This document shows, one piece after another, positions 37,858-51,421 of a stretch of 57,382 nucleotides of DNA. Origin of the DNA: Seison nebaliae (taxonomy: Eukaryota); NCBI GenBank assembly GCA_023231475.1, contig JALJEE010002904.1, positions 1 through 57,382 on the forward strand. Reading direction: 5' to 3'. Under the pieces are notes generated by a model, which saw only the letters and a program-made list of their open reading frames with translations, was not told the origin of the DNA and did no database searches. The position numbers and the translations under genes were made by a program. How positions within the stretch are numbered: the first letter of the stretch is position 1; the number at the start of each line of letters is the position of its first letter.

Positions 37858-39107
37858 AGCACACCCATTGTCTTTCACTTATTTCTTTTTCGATATAATC
37901 AAAAAATATTAATGGTTTGATTTTTATGTAATTCTATTATGTGTGAATTAAAATTTAGACTTCAAAGTCACATATCAACCATTTCCTCATGCTAATTGTA
38001 ATTGAAATTTAATAATAATAATATAGCACAATACAATTTCGTTGATAATGTAAAAAGAACATTTTTATTATTTAAACAATTAAATCTTCAACTTAAGTTA
38101 AATTGGTAAAAAGGTGGAGACGAATAAAGTCCGAATAATGCATTATAATTCTTTTGCTTATTGAAATTTTGGACCAAGTAGATCCAAACCATTGAAGTGG
38201 CTGCTAGGGATAGAATGAGGGTTTGTCTGCCTTTTCGAATTTTTCCTTATTTTTCGATTAACCATTATTCATTAATTGAAATTATCCCTATTTGTTACGT
38301 CATCATGATGCATATAATTGCAATTATTTCTGATTTCATTTGTCACGTGGAATTCAGCTTTATTGCGCTTAATTTCTTTAAATTGACCGCGGTTTCTTCT
38401 TATGCTAATCAACTTATGCTAGTTCTTCAAATTGTCCAACATTATACGTTTTATTATATTGGATTGAGCTTCCACCACAGAATTATAATGGATAATGAGA
38501 TAAGAACAGGTAACCTCTTTAAGTTATAAGGCCAATTTGTAAAAAAAATTGAATTTAAATTTTAGAGATCAAACATTTCAGAGATTTAAGAAATCTAGGC
38601 ATTTCGTACATCCTTTAGTAGTGAGCTCGATCTCTTCCAGTAAATGGCAAATGAAGAGAAACTCATTTCTTTGTTAACTTATTTACTTCTAACAATTATA
38701 CGTATATGTAAGAAGTCAAAAAATCGCCTGGACCTCTTGCATTAAAATAGGGTAACTGATATGGATTGCCAGAAAAGAGAGGTGAGAATTAATGACATGA
38801 TCGATGACTGAGAGTATAACTACCGTTTATCAAGTGTGTAAACACGAGCACCATTAGGAATCTTTACATCATCAATATTCTTCGTTTACTCATTTCCTTT
38901 GTTTATCTGACAGATTAAACGGTTGAAGGCATGCGTTCCCTTCCCTATCACGCGCATAGGCCGTTAACCTAGTGACCTATAAAGTCGAACGCTGCATCCT
39001 ATTTGTTTTATTATTATCATTATTCTTAAACTTATATATATATTTCTTTATGAATCTTTATTTTTGAGAATATTTAAATTAATCGATAACATTAGTTAGA
39101 ATGTTAG

Positions 39108-41377
39108 TTAAGCAATCGTTCCGGAAATCCATATAGTGCTTTCAATTGCATTTTCACAATTTGGCAGGTACTTTTTTACGGGAAGGTTGGTTGTGGTAGT
39201 CACCGACAGTGCACCACAATCTACAGCATCTGGTAATATGCTGTCACCATATCTTATAAAATAGGAAGAATCCAATTTAAAAACCTAAATAACAAATGAA
39301 TATGATACATATTATGATAAAGTATGAAGATGTTGTGGTTAACTTGAACGTTGTAATAATTTCCAGCTTTATAAAAATGACCTTGATTAATTCCTGTGCA
39401 ATTATTTTTGAATTGTTTACCTTCTACTACTCCCGTATGAAGGATGTAGTGATAAGTATAAACGGATATTACCATACTCGTGTCGGTTATGTCCTTTCCT
39501 AGAAGTCGAGCATACATTCCAATCAGTTTAACTTTCATAGATCTTGGCAGATCTTCATACTTTACAGAATGGGAAAATAATTCGTTTACTCCCATTTTTG
39601 GGAAATTTGGATTACCCGATGCTAGTGCTAAATTTCTTTCGAAAGAACTGAAAGCGGCAGATTCGAAAATTTCAACAGTTGTTGAAGTAGAAAATTTAAT
39701 ATTTTTTCTTGTCACTACAATACGGGATATTCAGGTAATTTGATGAACATATATTAGAAATATAACTTGTAACATGGTCATTAATAATCTGATGAAAATC
39801 ATTGTAACAGAAAGGAATGGAAGGTCCGTAAGGAAAAGTAAAATCTAGATCTTTCTCTGCATTGAACAAGTCAGGAGTTTCTGATTCTAAAAATATAAAT
39901 CATAAATAAAAAGTTTTATGGAAAAGGATAGTATTTAACGTGTGTATTGAACAAAAGTATAAGCAGATAAGTCTGACGTTGATTTGCATTCAAGTTTACC
40001 GTTACAACTGAGTAAATATCAAAAATTGACCAGTACAAAAATATGCAATAGCACTAACAGTTTTTGAGCAGCTGCTAAGTCTTGTAAGTATGTTGCATCT
40101 CCTGGATCAGCAGTATATAAAAACCCCAAAATGTATATTTTCCTATTAACGTAACACAAAAACAAAGGAGAAAAATTAAATGAACTTCGTCCCTTTAGGG
40201 ATAATGAACCCTGTTGCAGCTGTTGCAAGCTTCTCCAGGCCGCTAGTGCTCAGTGCTTCCGTATCAGTTGTGACCTCATGATCGGGCACTTCAATTTTTT
40301 TCATTTTACTTTCATCTGGCGGTTGGCATTTTACAAATCTCTCAATTAGCTTTTCTTTGCCCTCTAAAAAATAAGACAATTTATTTATAACTCTAATTAT
40401 AATAATTCTTGAAAAAAAATCAACCAAATTTCTTCTTTTCAGCATCAACTTTTGCTTGCATTTCTCCAATATCAACTGGATTATCCAACAAATTAATTTT
40501 AACATAGAAAATTATGGAAGAGAGAACCAGGTTTGTTTTCCTTCAGATCCGCCAGAATTTTATCCAATTTTTCTTTTAAATAATTAAATACATGATATTC
40601 GAAGGCGAATCTTAACCAATTTGTTCATTTACTGTAGTATCCGGTTGCCGTTCTTTTTCAACCTTTGCTAACACTGTAAAAGGATGGAAGATAATTGTTT
40701 CGATTAACACGAACTCTCATCAAGTTTTTTTTCTTGTGCCTTTAAGCCCAGTAAGCGATAGAAAGCATTTATTCTTTTAGCCATTACCTCCGCACATAGA
40801 GTACTATTGAGGACTAAGAAATTGAAATAATGATCGGTTTATATAATTTTCTGTTATATAACTAACTTGTGCCCTTTTGTGTCCAACGTTTATTAATTGG
40901 AACATTTCTTATGTCTCTTACTATGGTTTTCATTGTAACCATACCCCTTCTGAATACTAAATAATTCACAAATCAGATGATCGCCAAAAAAACTATACTT
41001 CTAACATTTATTGTCAATATATCTTCTGGATCGTTGAAATTCCTGAATTTCACTGGATACCAGTCTCAAAAGCGTTAGATCCATTTCTAGAAATATTCAT
41101 TATTTCCTTATTTACAGGTTTCCTAACTGTAATCTTTGAAAGATTTAGAAAAAATGATAAATAATTAAGGAAACCTCGACATGAATATGATTCAAGTTTC
41201 TAAGGATTGGTGAGGAATGTAATATTTTTAAATGAACGTAAGTTAACTTCACTTTGTTTCGGATAAGTATTTGCACCTAAAATATAAACCAATTTTTCCG
41301 TTAATAATATTCTAACTTGTTTCATACCAGATTCCTACGAACAAGATTGATAATAACATAAATTTTTCATTATACAT
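39108..41377 (-). CDS. Multi-exon orphan secreted protein
   Basis: Signal-like MYNEKFMLLSILFVGIWYETSAN; many short exons between GTT..AG introns including parts of ORFs 40176-40505, 40019-40228, 39254-39715; full splice path not verified. Confidence 0.4.
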
Positions 41378-42187
41378 CTTATTTTCCATAAATGATTATA
41401 CTACTTGTAATACTACCGAAATATCAGTTTTTAGTCGTAGAAGCTTATTTATTTATAGGACTCAATTCATGAAATATACGTGAAAACTTTCTTCGAAAAG
41501 TTTTGGAATCCCAAAAAAGCTTAACACGTTTGTTTTATAAAAGTGATTCATGTACAATAAACGAATGTCAGTCAATATCATTCATAAGAATTCTTCTAGT
41601 TATTCCGATGGAAAAAAATATTTAATTTAAAATTCAGAAAAATAGACAAACTTGAGTTTTTTTAATGGAAGGAAACATGATTTATTCATTTTAGTGGTGT
41701 CCAAACGATAACAAGAAGTTATAAGAAAAAAACGATTTGATTTTAAGAGGGGAAAAAATCCAGATTGTCTTTTTCGCTTTCTATACATTCACTTATCGTT
41801 CTATTTTGGCAAAAATCAGACATTCTCCTTTTATAACGCTATTTTCGCCTGTACCACGTTGAGGCTACAAGACAGTTTAATGAAGCAGATAAGTGCTACC
41901 CATGTGATATCAAGAATTATTAACAATTATCAAAAACAAAAATTGAAATGAGTTATAAATTATAACTTATAATTAACTAAACTTTATAATTTAAGACTAT
42001 GTTGAAGAAAGCCACAAACAAATGCATTATATTCTACATATATTATATATAAATTCGAAACTAAAAACTCACAGAATGTGATCGGGTGAAAAATACCGTG
42101 GGTAAAATATTTTTTGAACGAAATCATTGCTTACCTAATAGAGCACCAAACTTGTCCAATTACATGCAACTCAAAGAGCATATTCTC

Positions 42188-44708
42188 CTATTCTTTGTAT
42201 TCTGTCTTCCCAAGTTTAACGGATTTAAGCAATTTCCTGCCTGTCCATATATTTGATACGATAAATAATAATTTGCATTCTATAAACAATACGAGAATCG
42301 TGAAAGAATTTATTTTTAAAATAAAAAATGAACTAGATAATTTGGCAATTTCTTCACACATCGCAATTTCGTCTCTTGTTATCCCACCGACAACCATTAG
42401 AATTAAATGTTTCGATGATTCAACAATGTTATCTTTAAACGTAATGATATCCAAAGTATTCTCAATATTGGCTGATTTGAGACTGGTGTGGAATTTTTTA
42501 ATTCTCTTTTCATCTCCTACTACATTTTCAAGACATCGACCAATGAATGGGAAATGGTATATGGGAAAATTATTCAGTGTTTTGCCGTTAGGTGTATTCT
42601 GAATGAATTTAATCAATTTGAAAATTATTCAACAAATCAACGCAACCAACCAAATTGAAATAGTTTCTAATAATTTGTTGGAAGGAAAATTTTTCAGATA
42701 TTGAAGTTGATTTCATTTGAGCTCCTAAGCGATCGATTAATTTCCAATCTTTATCGAAATCTCCGATAGATGATCTATTAATAAAATTTAATTCGAATAA
42801 ACGATCCCATAGGAATAATCCTCCGATTCCATATGACTAAATAAAATGGTTTATGTCAATAATTGTGATATACACTGATTGGAATTGAACCTGAATAAAA
42901 GAATTTTTTAATTCCTTGTAATTGGGAAGAAAACCATTCACTATCGATACGATTACAATTAATTGAATAACATAATATTCGTTGATCTAAATCGGGCAAT
43001 ATTCGAATAAAAATATATGAATGAATAAAATGAGGAGTAACTTGTCGATGCATTAATTGGGTGATATAAGTAAAGAAATAATGGACATCAAATTGATGAA
43101 AATTTGTTTGAAGAATTGTCGTTAAAATTTCTTCATATTCTTTCAAATTAAACTCTTTAAAATTATTAATATCTTCTATTATTGACACATCTATATGTAT
43201 TTCCGATTTATTTCTTCCATCAATATTTATAAATTTATCTAACGTAGACTGGTACATTTCTGTTTCAAATTGACCTGCTTCAAATCATTCTGAACGAACT
43301 CTTTTAATTCTGCAACTTTTTTAGCTTCATCTTTTTTCTTCAAAAATAATATATATTTATATACTTCAAATATTGATGTTTGAAACTTTGTGCAAAGAAC
43401 GAATTTCATTCATTTGTTCTCGGACAAACTGTAACGAATCATTTGGAGATAAGTATTGAATATGTTGGAAGAAGAGATCATTATTTAATGAATAAGAATT
43501 ATTTGTTCCTTTCCCACTGGTAGACGATATCCATTCATCCTTCAGTGACATTCGACCGCAACATATACCATAATGTTCGTCAATTACTGTACCATATGTG
43601 GATGGTGGTTTAAAAAGAGAAAGTAAATCCAAATCTTTGAAAAATATAGTGGAATGATAAAGAAATGTTAATTGGAACCTCGATCAACAACTAATAAGTG
43701 ATTGAAGACTGATTGAAATTGAGGAATTTCTCCTTTCAATTTCGTACATAATTCATTCAGATGAACGGCAGCTGCTCCAACAAATGATCGACGAGAAAAG
43801 TAACCGAATAATTGTTGGAGTTGAATAAGCACATCACTTATCTCAACCAAATCACAATTCCTCATCTATTCATTCACATCAAAATGATAATGAAATGAAT
43901 GACTAACATTAAATGTTCCGTTGACGAAATGGTCAGGAAGTTCCATCGACAAAATATTGGAATGAATAGGAAATAATCGAATAGAAATTGAATCAAGAAT
44001 AATTTCATCCGGTCGCAATTCGTAATTTCCTGAAGAAGATTCGTGATAACGAAGAGAACTCTCGTTCAAAATTCGTAAACATTTCTGAGACTTTAAAGAA
44101 GATTGAAAGAGTGTGTGTGTATGTGTGTGTGTGTGTAAAATATTGGGAAACCGGTCTGGGAATATAAGCGAGTGCGAAATAATTATTTAATTCTTTTTTC
44201 GATTCTAAATTCTTCGATTTCTTCTTGATCAAATGTTGAATATATTTCACAATTAGTTCCGTATAATCACAATTCTTATCAGCTAGGAAAATATAACTTG
44301 AAAAAAATATTATTGAAATTATAGTCATTCATTAACTGGTCATTAACTTAAGATAATAAATATGAAAATAATAATAACAGAGAATCTTTTGTTTTGTAGT
44401 CGAAATCGTCAATGGAATTCAAATTAATTTCATGGAAATATTCAACTCCAAATTTCTGTTGATAAATCAGAAATGAGAATCTTTTGAAACAAATTAAACT
44501 TTGAGTTGTTGCACGTTAATAATCGTTTGGATCGAAGCCATCAGACGACGATTCATTGACAGATGTACCGTACAATCGATATGGTTCAGATTTAACTGAA
44601 ACGTTATATCTTTTTTTAAATAGCAAATTATATTTAGGAAACTTTTTTAAAAAATTCTTCAATCATTTGAAAACTGAATCGAATAATTTCACTAATCTCC
44701 ACGTTCAT
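42188..44708 (-). CDS. VPS33: Sec1/Munc18-family protein, Vps33-like
   Basis: PIHSNILSMELP, LLVVDR..DLLSLFKPPSTYGTVIDEHYGI, LNNDLFFQHIQ, LMVVGGITRDEIA, SNIWTGRKLLKSV; multi-exon; start approximate. Confidence 0.75.
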
Positions 44709-45243
44709 CTTACTTGAACTTATCATTATGGTAAGACAATTCGATATTCTGCCAATTATTTCTTACTCTCTGCTTATATTTTGCAAAAATGTGATGGGAA
44801 TTATGTCAATAAGTTCGATGGAAATTGCTGATAAAAGATAAATTGAACGAACTTAAAATTATAGAATTATTTATTCATTTCTCTATATTCTCTATTCTAT
44901 TCATTTCTCCAAATCTTTGAAATTAAAATTAACATTCATTTCAACAAATTTTCTTGGAATTTTCTTGGAATTTTCTTGGAATTTTTCGTTTTTAATAGAA
45001 TATTTTAATTTAATTTAATTAACTCATTTATAAAATAAGATATGTTAAATTATATGAATTAGAGAGATAAGAAACAGAAAAACTGGTCGATCGAAGAACA
45101 TGAGGAAATTGACGATTCGAAAAGAAAAGTTGAATCAATTTCAACGCAGTCAAACTGAATATTGGATTTCAAGGACCAATTAAGAATAAGGGGAAATCGA
45201 GAAGTGGAAATTAAAGAAGTGGAAATTTTTATTCAATTTTCAA

Positions 45244-47455
45244 ATGTATTTACTGTGCGTTGGATTAGCTTTAATTATCATCTTCCATTCAACCTTTAGC
45301 AGACCGATCATTGGAAGTTGCTTTTAATTTTTTCTCTTACTTACTCTAGAACTACTTGTAGTGTCAAAAAGTCAAGTAATATACCAACAATTCGAAGTGA
45401 ATGAAAATGAATTAGATAATTTGTCGATGCATTTGGTTTTCGGTGTTCTATAGTTCGTACTTTTAAAATTTATTGTCCCTTATTCATTTCTGCAGCGATG
45501 AACCGATTTCAATTATTCATTCGGAAACGAATACTCCGAGATATGAAATTGAGACACCGAGTTCGGGTTATTTGAACAAAATTGCCATATTGAAAAGCGA
45601 AGATTTTATGGACAACGCTTTTACTTCCTTCCGTCTAAGAATTCCTGTATGTAAACTATCAGACAATAGATTTCATATTAAAGTTTCTCTTCTACGAATC
45701 TTGTTGTGATACTCGATTTATTTACCGATTCTCAGATTTATCTTCCGACAAAAGGTGGTCGGACACATAGATCCAAGAACGAAGCCCGATTCTCACAAGA
45801 TTGTCAAACCTTGAGAGAAGTTAATGAGAATATTCAAATGGTGGAAATTGTCATAGAAGCTGTTAGGCTTATGTTAAATGTGAGAGTTTACATAATTTTA
45901 AATTAGATCGAAAATGTCGATGACTTGAAATTTGTGGAGGAAGAAGAAGATCGTGTTCGTGTGGTTATATTACTTGTTACGAAAGACAATCAACAGCAAG
46001 TGAAACAAATGGTACAAAACCATTTATTCAATGAAGAGAATGCTGGTGAATTGATTATTGGAGACGAAACTACAACAACCACACCATATCCACAATTCAT
46101 AGAAATGACAACAACTCCACCGCAAAAGAAATTAAAAGATAAAGTTATCGAGAAAGTTGTCCATAGTTTCATTAATCATATGTTACCGTGTTACTCTAAG
46201 AAGAAGGTAAAAAATTGTACATATCAGACTTTTACTTTTCCATCGACCACTTCCACAACTTCCACTACCACTACTACAACATTAACCACAACCATGTATT
46301 CTCCAATTATTTTATCTACTACCAGTACATTAACATCGTCGACGACCAGTACAACCACAACTACCACTTCCACATCAACAACCACCATCACAACTACAAC
46401 TACAACGACGACAACAACAACTACTACCACTACCACTAAAACCACAACTTCTACAACAACTAGCACAACAACTAGCACAACAACAACTACAACAACAACT
46501 ACAACAACAACAACTACCACAATGACAACAACAACTTCAACAACCACTACCACAACAACTACAACAACAATAACTACCACTAAACTCCGTACATCGACGA
46601 TTAAAACTACAACTATTCGAACTACAACGGAAACTACTAGTCTCCTCTTAACGACAAGTACAACATCTACAACTACAACCGAATCTACCACAACTACCAC
46701 TACGGCCCCAACATCGTTAATCTTGGCAACGGTTTTACGCATAAGAACTAAATTAATTGGTTTTTGACTTTTACATTCGTTTTTCATCAATTTATTTAGG
46801 CATCGATGTCAATCAGAATGGAACATTTGCTACCACTCGCAAAGTATCAACAAGAAATTTAGAAACAATTGTTAGTATGTCCTAAATTAAAATTTTGTAT
46901 AATTATGATTTTCTGTTGTTATGCTTTCAATTTTACAGTTTCTGAAATCTTTGAAAGAAATTTATTTGAATCCTGCCATTCGAGAATTGGAATTTAATAT
47001 TAATCAAACATCGAAAAAATCTGTTATCACATATTCTTATTGGATCGAAGTAGATCGATTCTTATTGAGTCTTTGGTCAGATATTAGTGAAATGGAAGCC
47101 GCTACATTATCGGAGAGACAGATGAAAATTTCATTGAAAAAAATAATTAATTCGCCAAAATTCTTGAAAAAGTTTATCAAGACTCTTCGGCGACATTTGC
47201 CCGTCGAAAATTTAAGTTTTCCAAATACTCTTCATTTACATTTCCATTCATTTTTCCATAAAAGATTTCCAATCGACAACTTTACATAGAGCTACTGGTG
47301 GCAATGTGCGGAAACTGCGGGAAACTCGTTTCGTTAAAGAGCAAGTACCCAAATGGTACATAGTAGCGATCGGAACCGGTGTCAGTCTTTTATTGGTGAT
47401 GACTGCATGTCTCCTTTGCATTTCATGTTGTGGCTTATCGAAAAAGAAGAAATAG
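45244..47455 (+). CDS. Mucin-like type I membrane glycoprotein
   Basis: Signal peptide MYLLCVGLALIIIFHSTFS, Thr-rich stalk, TM WYIVAIGTGVSLLLVMTACLLCISCC followed by KKKK*. Confidence 0.7.
46240..46710 (+). repeat. (ACN)n poly-Thr coding repeat
   Basis: Long ACA/ACT/ACC runs in ORF 45925-46767. Confidence 0.9.
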
Positions 47456-47512
47456 CAAATAAAAAAAATTGAAAAGGAAGCTTTTGAATGATTTCTTGTT
47501 TGTGTTAGGAGA

Positions 47513-48357
47513 ATGCTCAAGAATCTCTTAAATAAACTCCACAGAAAAAACGTTCTTATTCAAACCAGTTTTCTTTTCAATGTTTTTCTAAAAATTCGTT
47601 CTAATTAATTTATTAATTTTTTTTTAGTTTCAAGAACTTTATTTATTCAAACTCAAGAAACTCCAAATCCGAATAGTTTGAAATTCTTACCAAATCGATC
47701 AGTGTTGCCTGATGAGTTTGGTGCGACGAAAGATTTCCAAAATGCACGAGATGCTTCTCAATCGCCTTTAGCCGAGTCTGTTTTATTTCCTCTCAATTTT
47801 TTCATAATTTTTTAAGGAAAATATTCGAATTAGAAGGAGTGAAGAGTGTGTTCTTTGCGAACGATTTCATTACCGTTACCAAAGATGATGATGATATTGA
47901 TTGGAAGATAATGAAACCGTTAGTTTATGGGATTCTGATGGATTTTTTTTCATCGAACGAAATCGTCATCAACAAACGAGAAGTGGACAGTGAATCAGAT
48001 GTTCAAATAGAAAAAGTGGATTTGAGTGAAGAAGACGAAGAGATTTGTAAGATGATCATCGAATTATTAGACACGAGAATCAGACCGACTGTCCAAGAAG
48101 ATGGTGGAGATATTCGATTTATCGGTTATGAACATGGAGTCGTCAAATTGAAATTAGAAGGTGCTTGCTCCACTTGTCCTTCATCCATGGTTACATTGAA
48201 GAGAGGAATACAAAGTATGTTACAATTCTATATTCCCGAAGTACAAGGCGTCATGCAAGTGGAAGATAGTGATGATGACGTCAATTTGAAATATTTTGAA
48301 GAAATGGAAAAAAAATTGAGAGAAGAAAGATCGAAAGATAATAATGATCTTCAATAA
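47513..48357 (+). CDS. NFU1: Mitochondrial Fe-S scaffold NFU1
   Basis: [60 protein letters not shown]; introns 47568-47627, 47776-47816. Confidence 0.95.
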
Positions 48358-48362
48358 AATTT

Positions 48363-48980
48363 TCATTTTATTTCCTCCTCAATCTTTTTATCCAATTTAT
48401 CGATACTCATTTTCGTTTCCTCAATTTGCATATTTTCTGCACGATCATTCACTCGATCGATTAACTCATCTATTTCCAATAATGTCGCTTTCACCGATAT
48501 CAAATATTGACGAATATTCATCGTTACAAACACGCTTAATGATCGAACATCATTCACAACATCTTCATTCCATTTCGCATATTGTCCAAGTATCGTTTCC
48601 CGAAAACTTTTACTTGGTTGACGATCTGAAAAAGAAAAATTTGAAATTTTCTTAAAATTTTAAAAATTAGTTATTGTGAAAAAACCTTGAAAGTCATCGA
48701 TACTGGTCTTTCGTGGAAGGAAATCTTTATAAGGTTTCATTCGTTCCAATCCGTCAATTGGATCCGCTCCCATTTTCTTAATATCGTTCAAATATTTCTG
48801 TGGTTGAAGAACGGATTTAAGTGCACCCGCTCCTAAAAGAGGAAGTAAGAAACGTTTATGTCTTTCATGTGATGATGATGATGATGATGAATTACTGCAG
48901 ACGAGTAAACGGAAGATAAGAGAAAAAAAGAAAATCAGAATCATTAGAATTAGAAAAGAAAATGATTTTTGAAAGGACAT
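48363..48980 (-). CDS. Small secreted helical orphan protein A
   Basis: Hydrophobic N-terminus, RHKR site; intron 48626-48685 joins ORF 48660-48980 to ORF 48363-48557. Confidence 0.6.
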
Positions 48981-49111
48981 ACTTGAAAATTCTTCTTTGA
49001 TTTAATAGAAATTTTCCACTTTTATTTTCAAATTATTCAAATATTTTAACCAACTAATAATAGTTTTTCTTTTGTTGAATTTTAAAAGAAATTATTTTCT
49101 AGAACGATTTA

Positions 49112-49646
49112 TTATTCATCATGTAAAAATTCGATAAATGCGCCCAATTTTTCATTGGAACTAATCGGTTTGTGTCGATTTTTTTTAACTGCATTTCGCA
49201 ACTTTCTCTCATTCATGAACAATTTGGCTTTGTACAAATTGGAGAAGATCTTGTCTCTCGACCCACCAATCTCATTCAATGCCATTTCCGTATTTTTTGC
49301 TACATTCGTTACCGTTTGTTGTGCCAACGAGACAACAGTGAGTACATTATGATTCACTTTGTCCATCCAACTATCATATAATTCATGAATTCTAACCGAT
49401 GTCCTTTTCAACATAGTTCCCATAATCGGTTTGGTTTGACCGTTTTGTTGATGATCGACAGCTAATTCAGCTGCAGCGACTTTCCTTGGGGGAACGAATG
49501 CTCCTGAAAGAGCTTTCGTTACATTTGTTTCTGAGCATTTCAAACACTGGGAAGACGAAGAGAATTGAATGATAAAGATAATTTTGATCAACAATCGAAA
49601 CTTGGAATGAGAAAAGAAAGAAGAATATATGGAGAAGATTTGACAT
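49112..49646 (-). CDS. Small secreted helical orphan protein B
   Basis: Signal MSNLLHIFFFLFSFQVSI spliced in frame to ORF 49112-49594; weak similarity to protein A. Confidence 0.6.
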
Positions 49647-49777
49647 CTGATGATGGTAAAATTTCAGGAAAGAAAAAGTTTTTTCGAGAGAAAACAAAAG
49701 AGAAATAGAATTTCTCTATAATTTTCTTATTCTTTCTTATTCTCCTTTTCTTCTTTTCTTCCTAAAATTCTCTTATA

Positions 49778-50488
49778 ATGAATTGTCATTTTATATCATT
49801 TCTTCTTCTTTCAACTCAAATTTATTCGAGCGAATGTTTCGTCAATTTTTTCGCAAAAATGTTCACAGGCAAATCGTTGACTGAACGTCAGGTTGAGAAG
49901 CAAGCAGCATCAAATGATGCGTTTAAAGATCGTTTACTATCTTGGGTACAATTGATCGATGAAAAACAAAAGTTTCCACATTTTCCATTTTATCGTTATA
50001 AACGGAAATCGAAGAGATTATACACAGTTCGCATCGAAGGTTACCCAAGAACAATATCTGGTCGAGTTGCAAGACACGAATATGAAAATCTTTACTGAAA
50101 TAGTAAAACACATCACTAATCAGCTCAAGTCGTCAAGTGAGACGATTTTTATAGAAGTTCATTTTTTTGAAAATATGAAAATTTTATTTGAAAAAAAATT
50201 TGAGAAGAAAATTAAAAAATTTAACGAATAAGTTGTCTTATTTTATATTTCCAGATGACGAGAGTTACCGAACAATCGATGGTGATGATTAAAGAATCGT
50301 TGGAGAAGGTTTTGGCGGAAGCTCTCGTGCTCACAAAAGACAAAACGGATAAAGAGTTGAATAGAGAAATGAAGAAAAAAAATAAAATTTTAAGAGAGTT
50401 AATTTTATTCTCTTAATCAATTTCATTTTTTATTTTTAGTGCCGTTCAACTTGTCGGACAGAAACGATTCAATGAGACACAATTGTAA
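49778..50488 (+). CDS. Small secreted helical orphan protein C
   Basis: Signal MNCHFISFLLLSTQIYSSEC; 4 exons in frame via GTT..AG introns (first 49972-50014); ends QKRFNETQL*. Confidence 0.55.
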
Positions 50489-50500
50489 GAAACTAATAAA

Positions 50501-51421
50501 TTATGTTAAAGTTGTATTAAGTTCACTGGTTGAATGAGTTTCATTATTTTCCGTTTTATTTGATAAATCTGATTTTTCATCAACATTCTCATCTTTCTCT
50601 TCATTCGTTTTGTGATTCTCTTTATTTTCGTTCCTCACTAAAACATTCTTTGAAGGATAATGATAATTCGATTGAAGATTGTTGTTAGTTGTCGAATTCG
50701 ACATTTGATGATTGGGCAATAGACAAGTGGTAGAGGAAGGAGATGGTGGAGAGAATGGAGTGGTGACGGGCGATAATAATAAATTGGGAGTACATTCATG
50801 AAGAAGAATAGCATTGGATGGTATTTCATTTCCATATATCGGTTTTGGTAAATTATTCTCTTTCAATTGTTTATTCTCTTGAATTGTTGATGGATTTTCC
50901 GAAATAAAATTTTTATTACGATTTTGAATAGGTGGTGGCAATTGATTGAAATTTGAATAGGCGAATTGTGGATTTCTTCCCACCAGAATGTGGAGCATAT
51001 TACTGGAAGTCAATCGTTGACAAGCAGTTGAATGAGTTATCATTTGACAATCGGTACCGTTAACTTGAAGGATTCGGTCGTGAACTCTGAGACCTGAACG
51101 GAAAGCCGGTCCATTCGGTTGAATTTTCGTCACATAAATTCCCTTTTAAAATAATAAAATGAATAATTTAATAATTAAATAATATTGAAACATGATCAGA
51201 ATAAATTGTTCCTTCGAAATTCTGATCTGATCCACCTCCGATACTGAAACCGGATGTGAGAACTGGTTGTCCATTGGCATTCAATCGGATCTGTCCATTC
51301 GGTAATCTAACCGGTTCTCGTTCTAATTGTACGGAAACCTTAAAAAAGAAAGAGGATGAAAAGGGAGTGAATGATGAGAAAAAGAAGAGGACGTACGAAC
51401 AATTTGACAATTATATTCCAT
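50501..51421 (-). CDS. TAX1BP3: Single-PDZ protein, TAX1BP3/TIP-1-like, with C-terminal extension
   Basis: GFSIGGGSDQN..GIYVTKIQPNGPAFRSGLRVHDRILQVNGTDCQMITH; introns 51339-51400, 51143-51191. Confidence 0.75.

Noticed and set aside
44945..44982. 3 x TTTTCTTGGAA tandem repeat as a regulatory element
   Set aside because: Simple slippage repeat in AT-rich intergenic DNA; no further support
46224..46790. Poly-Val minus-strand ORF
   Set aside because: Antisense shadow of the poly-Thr mucin stalk
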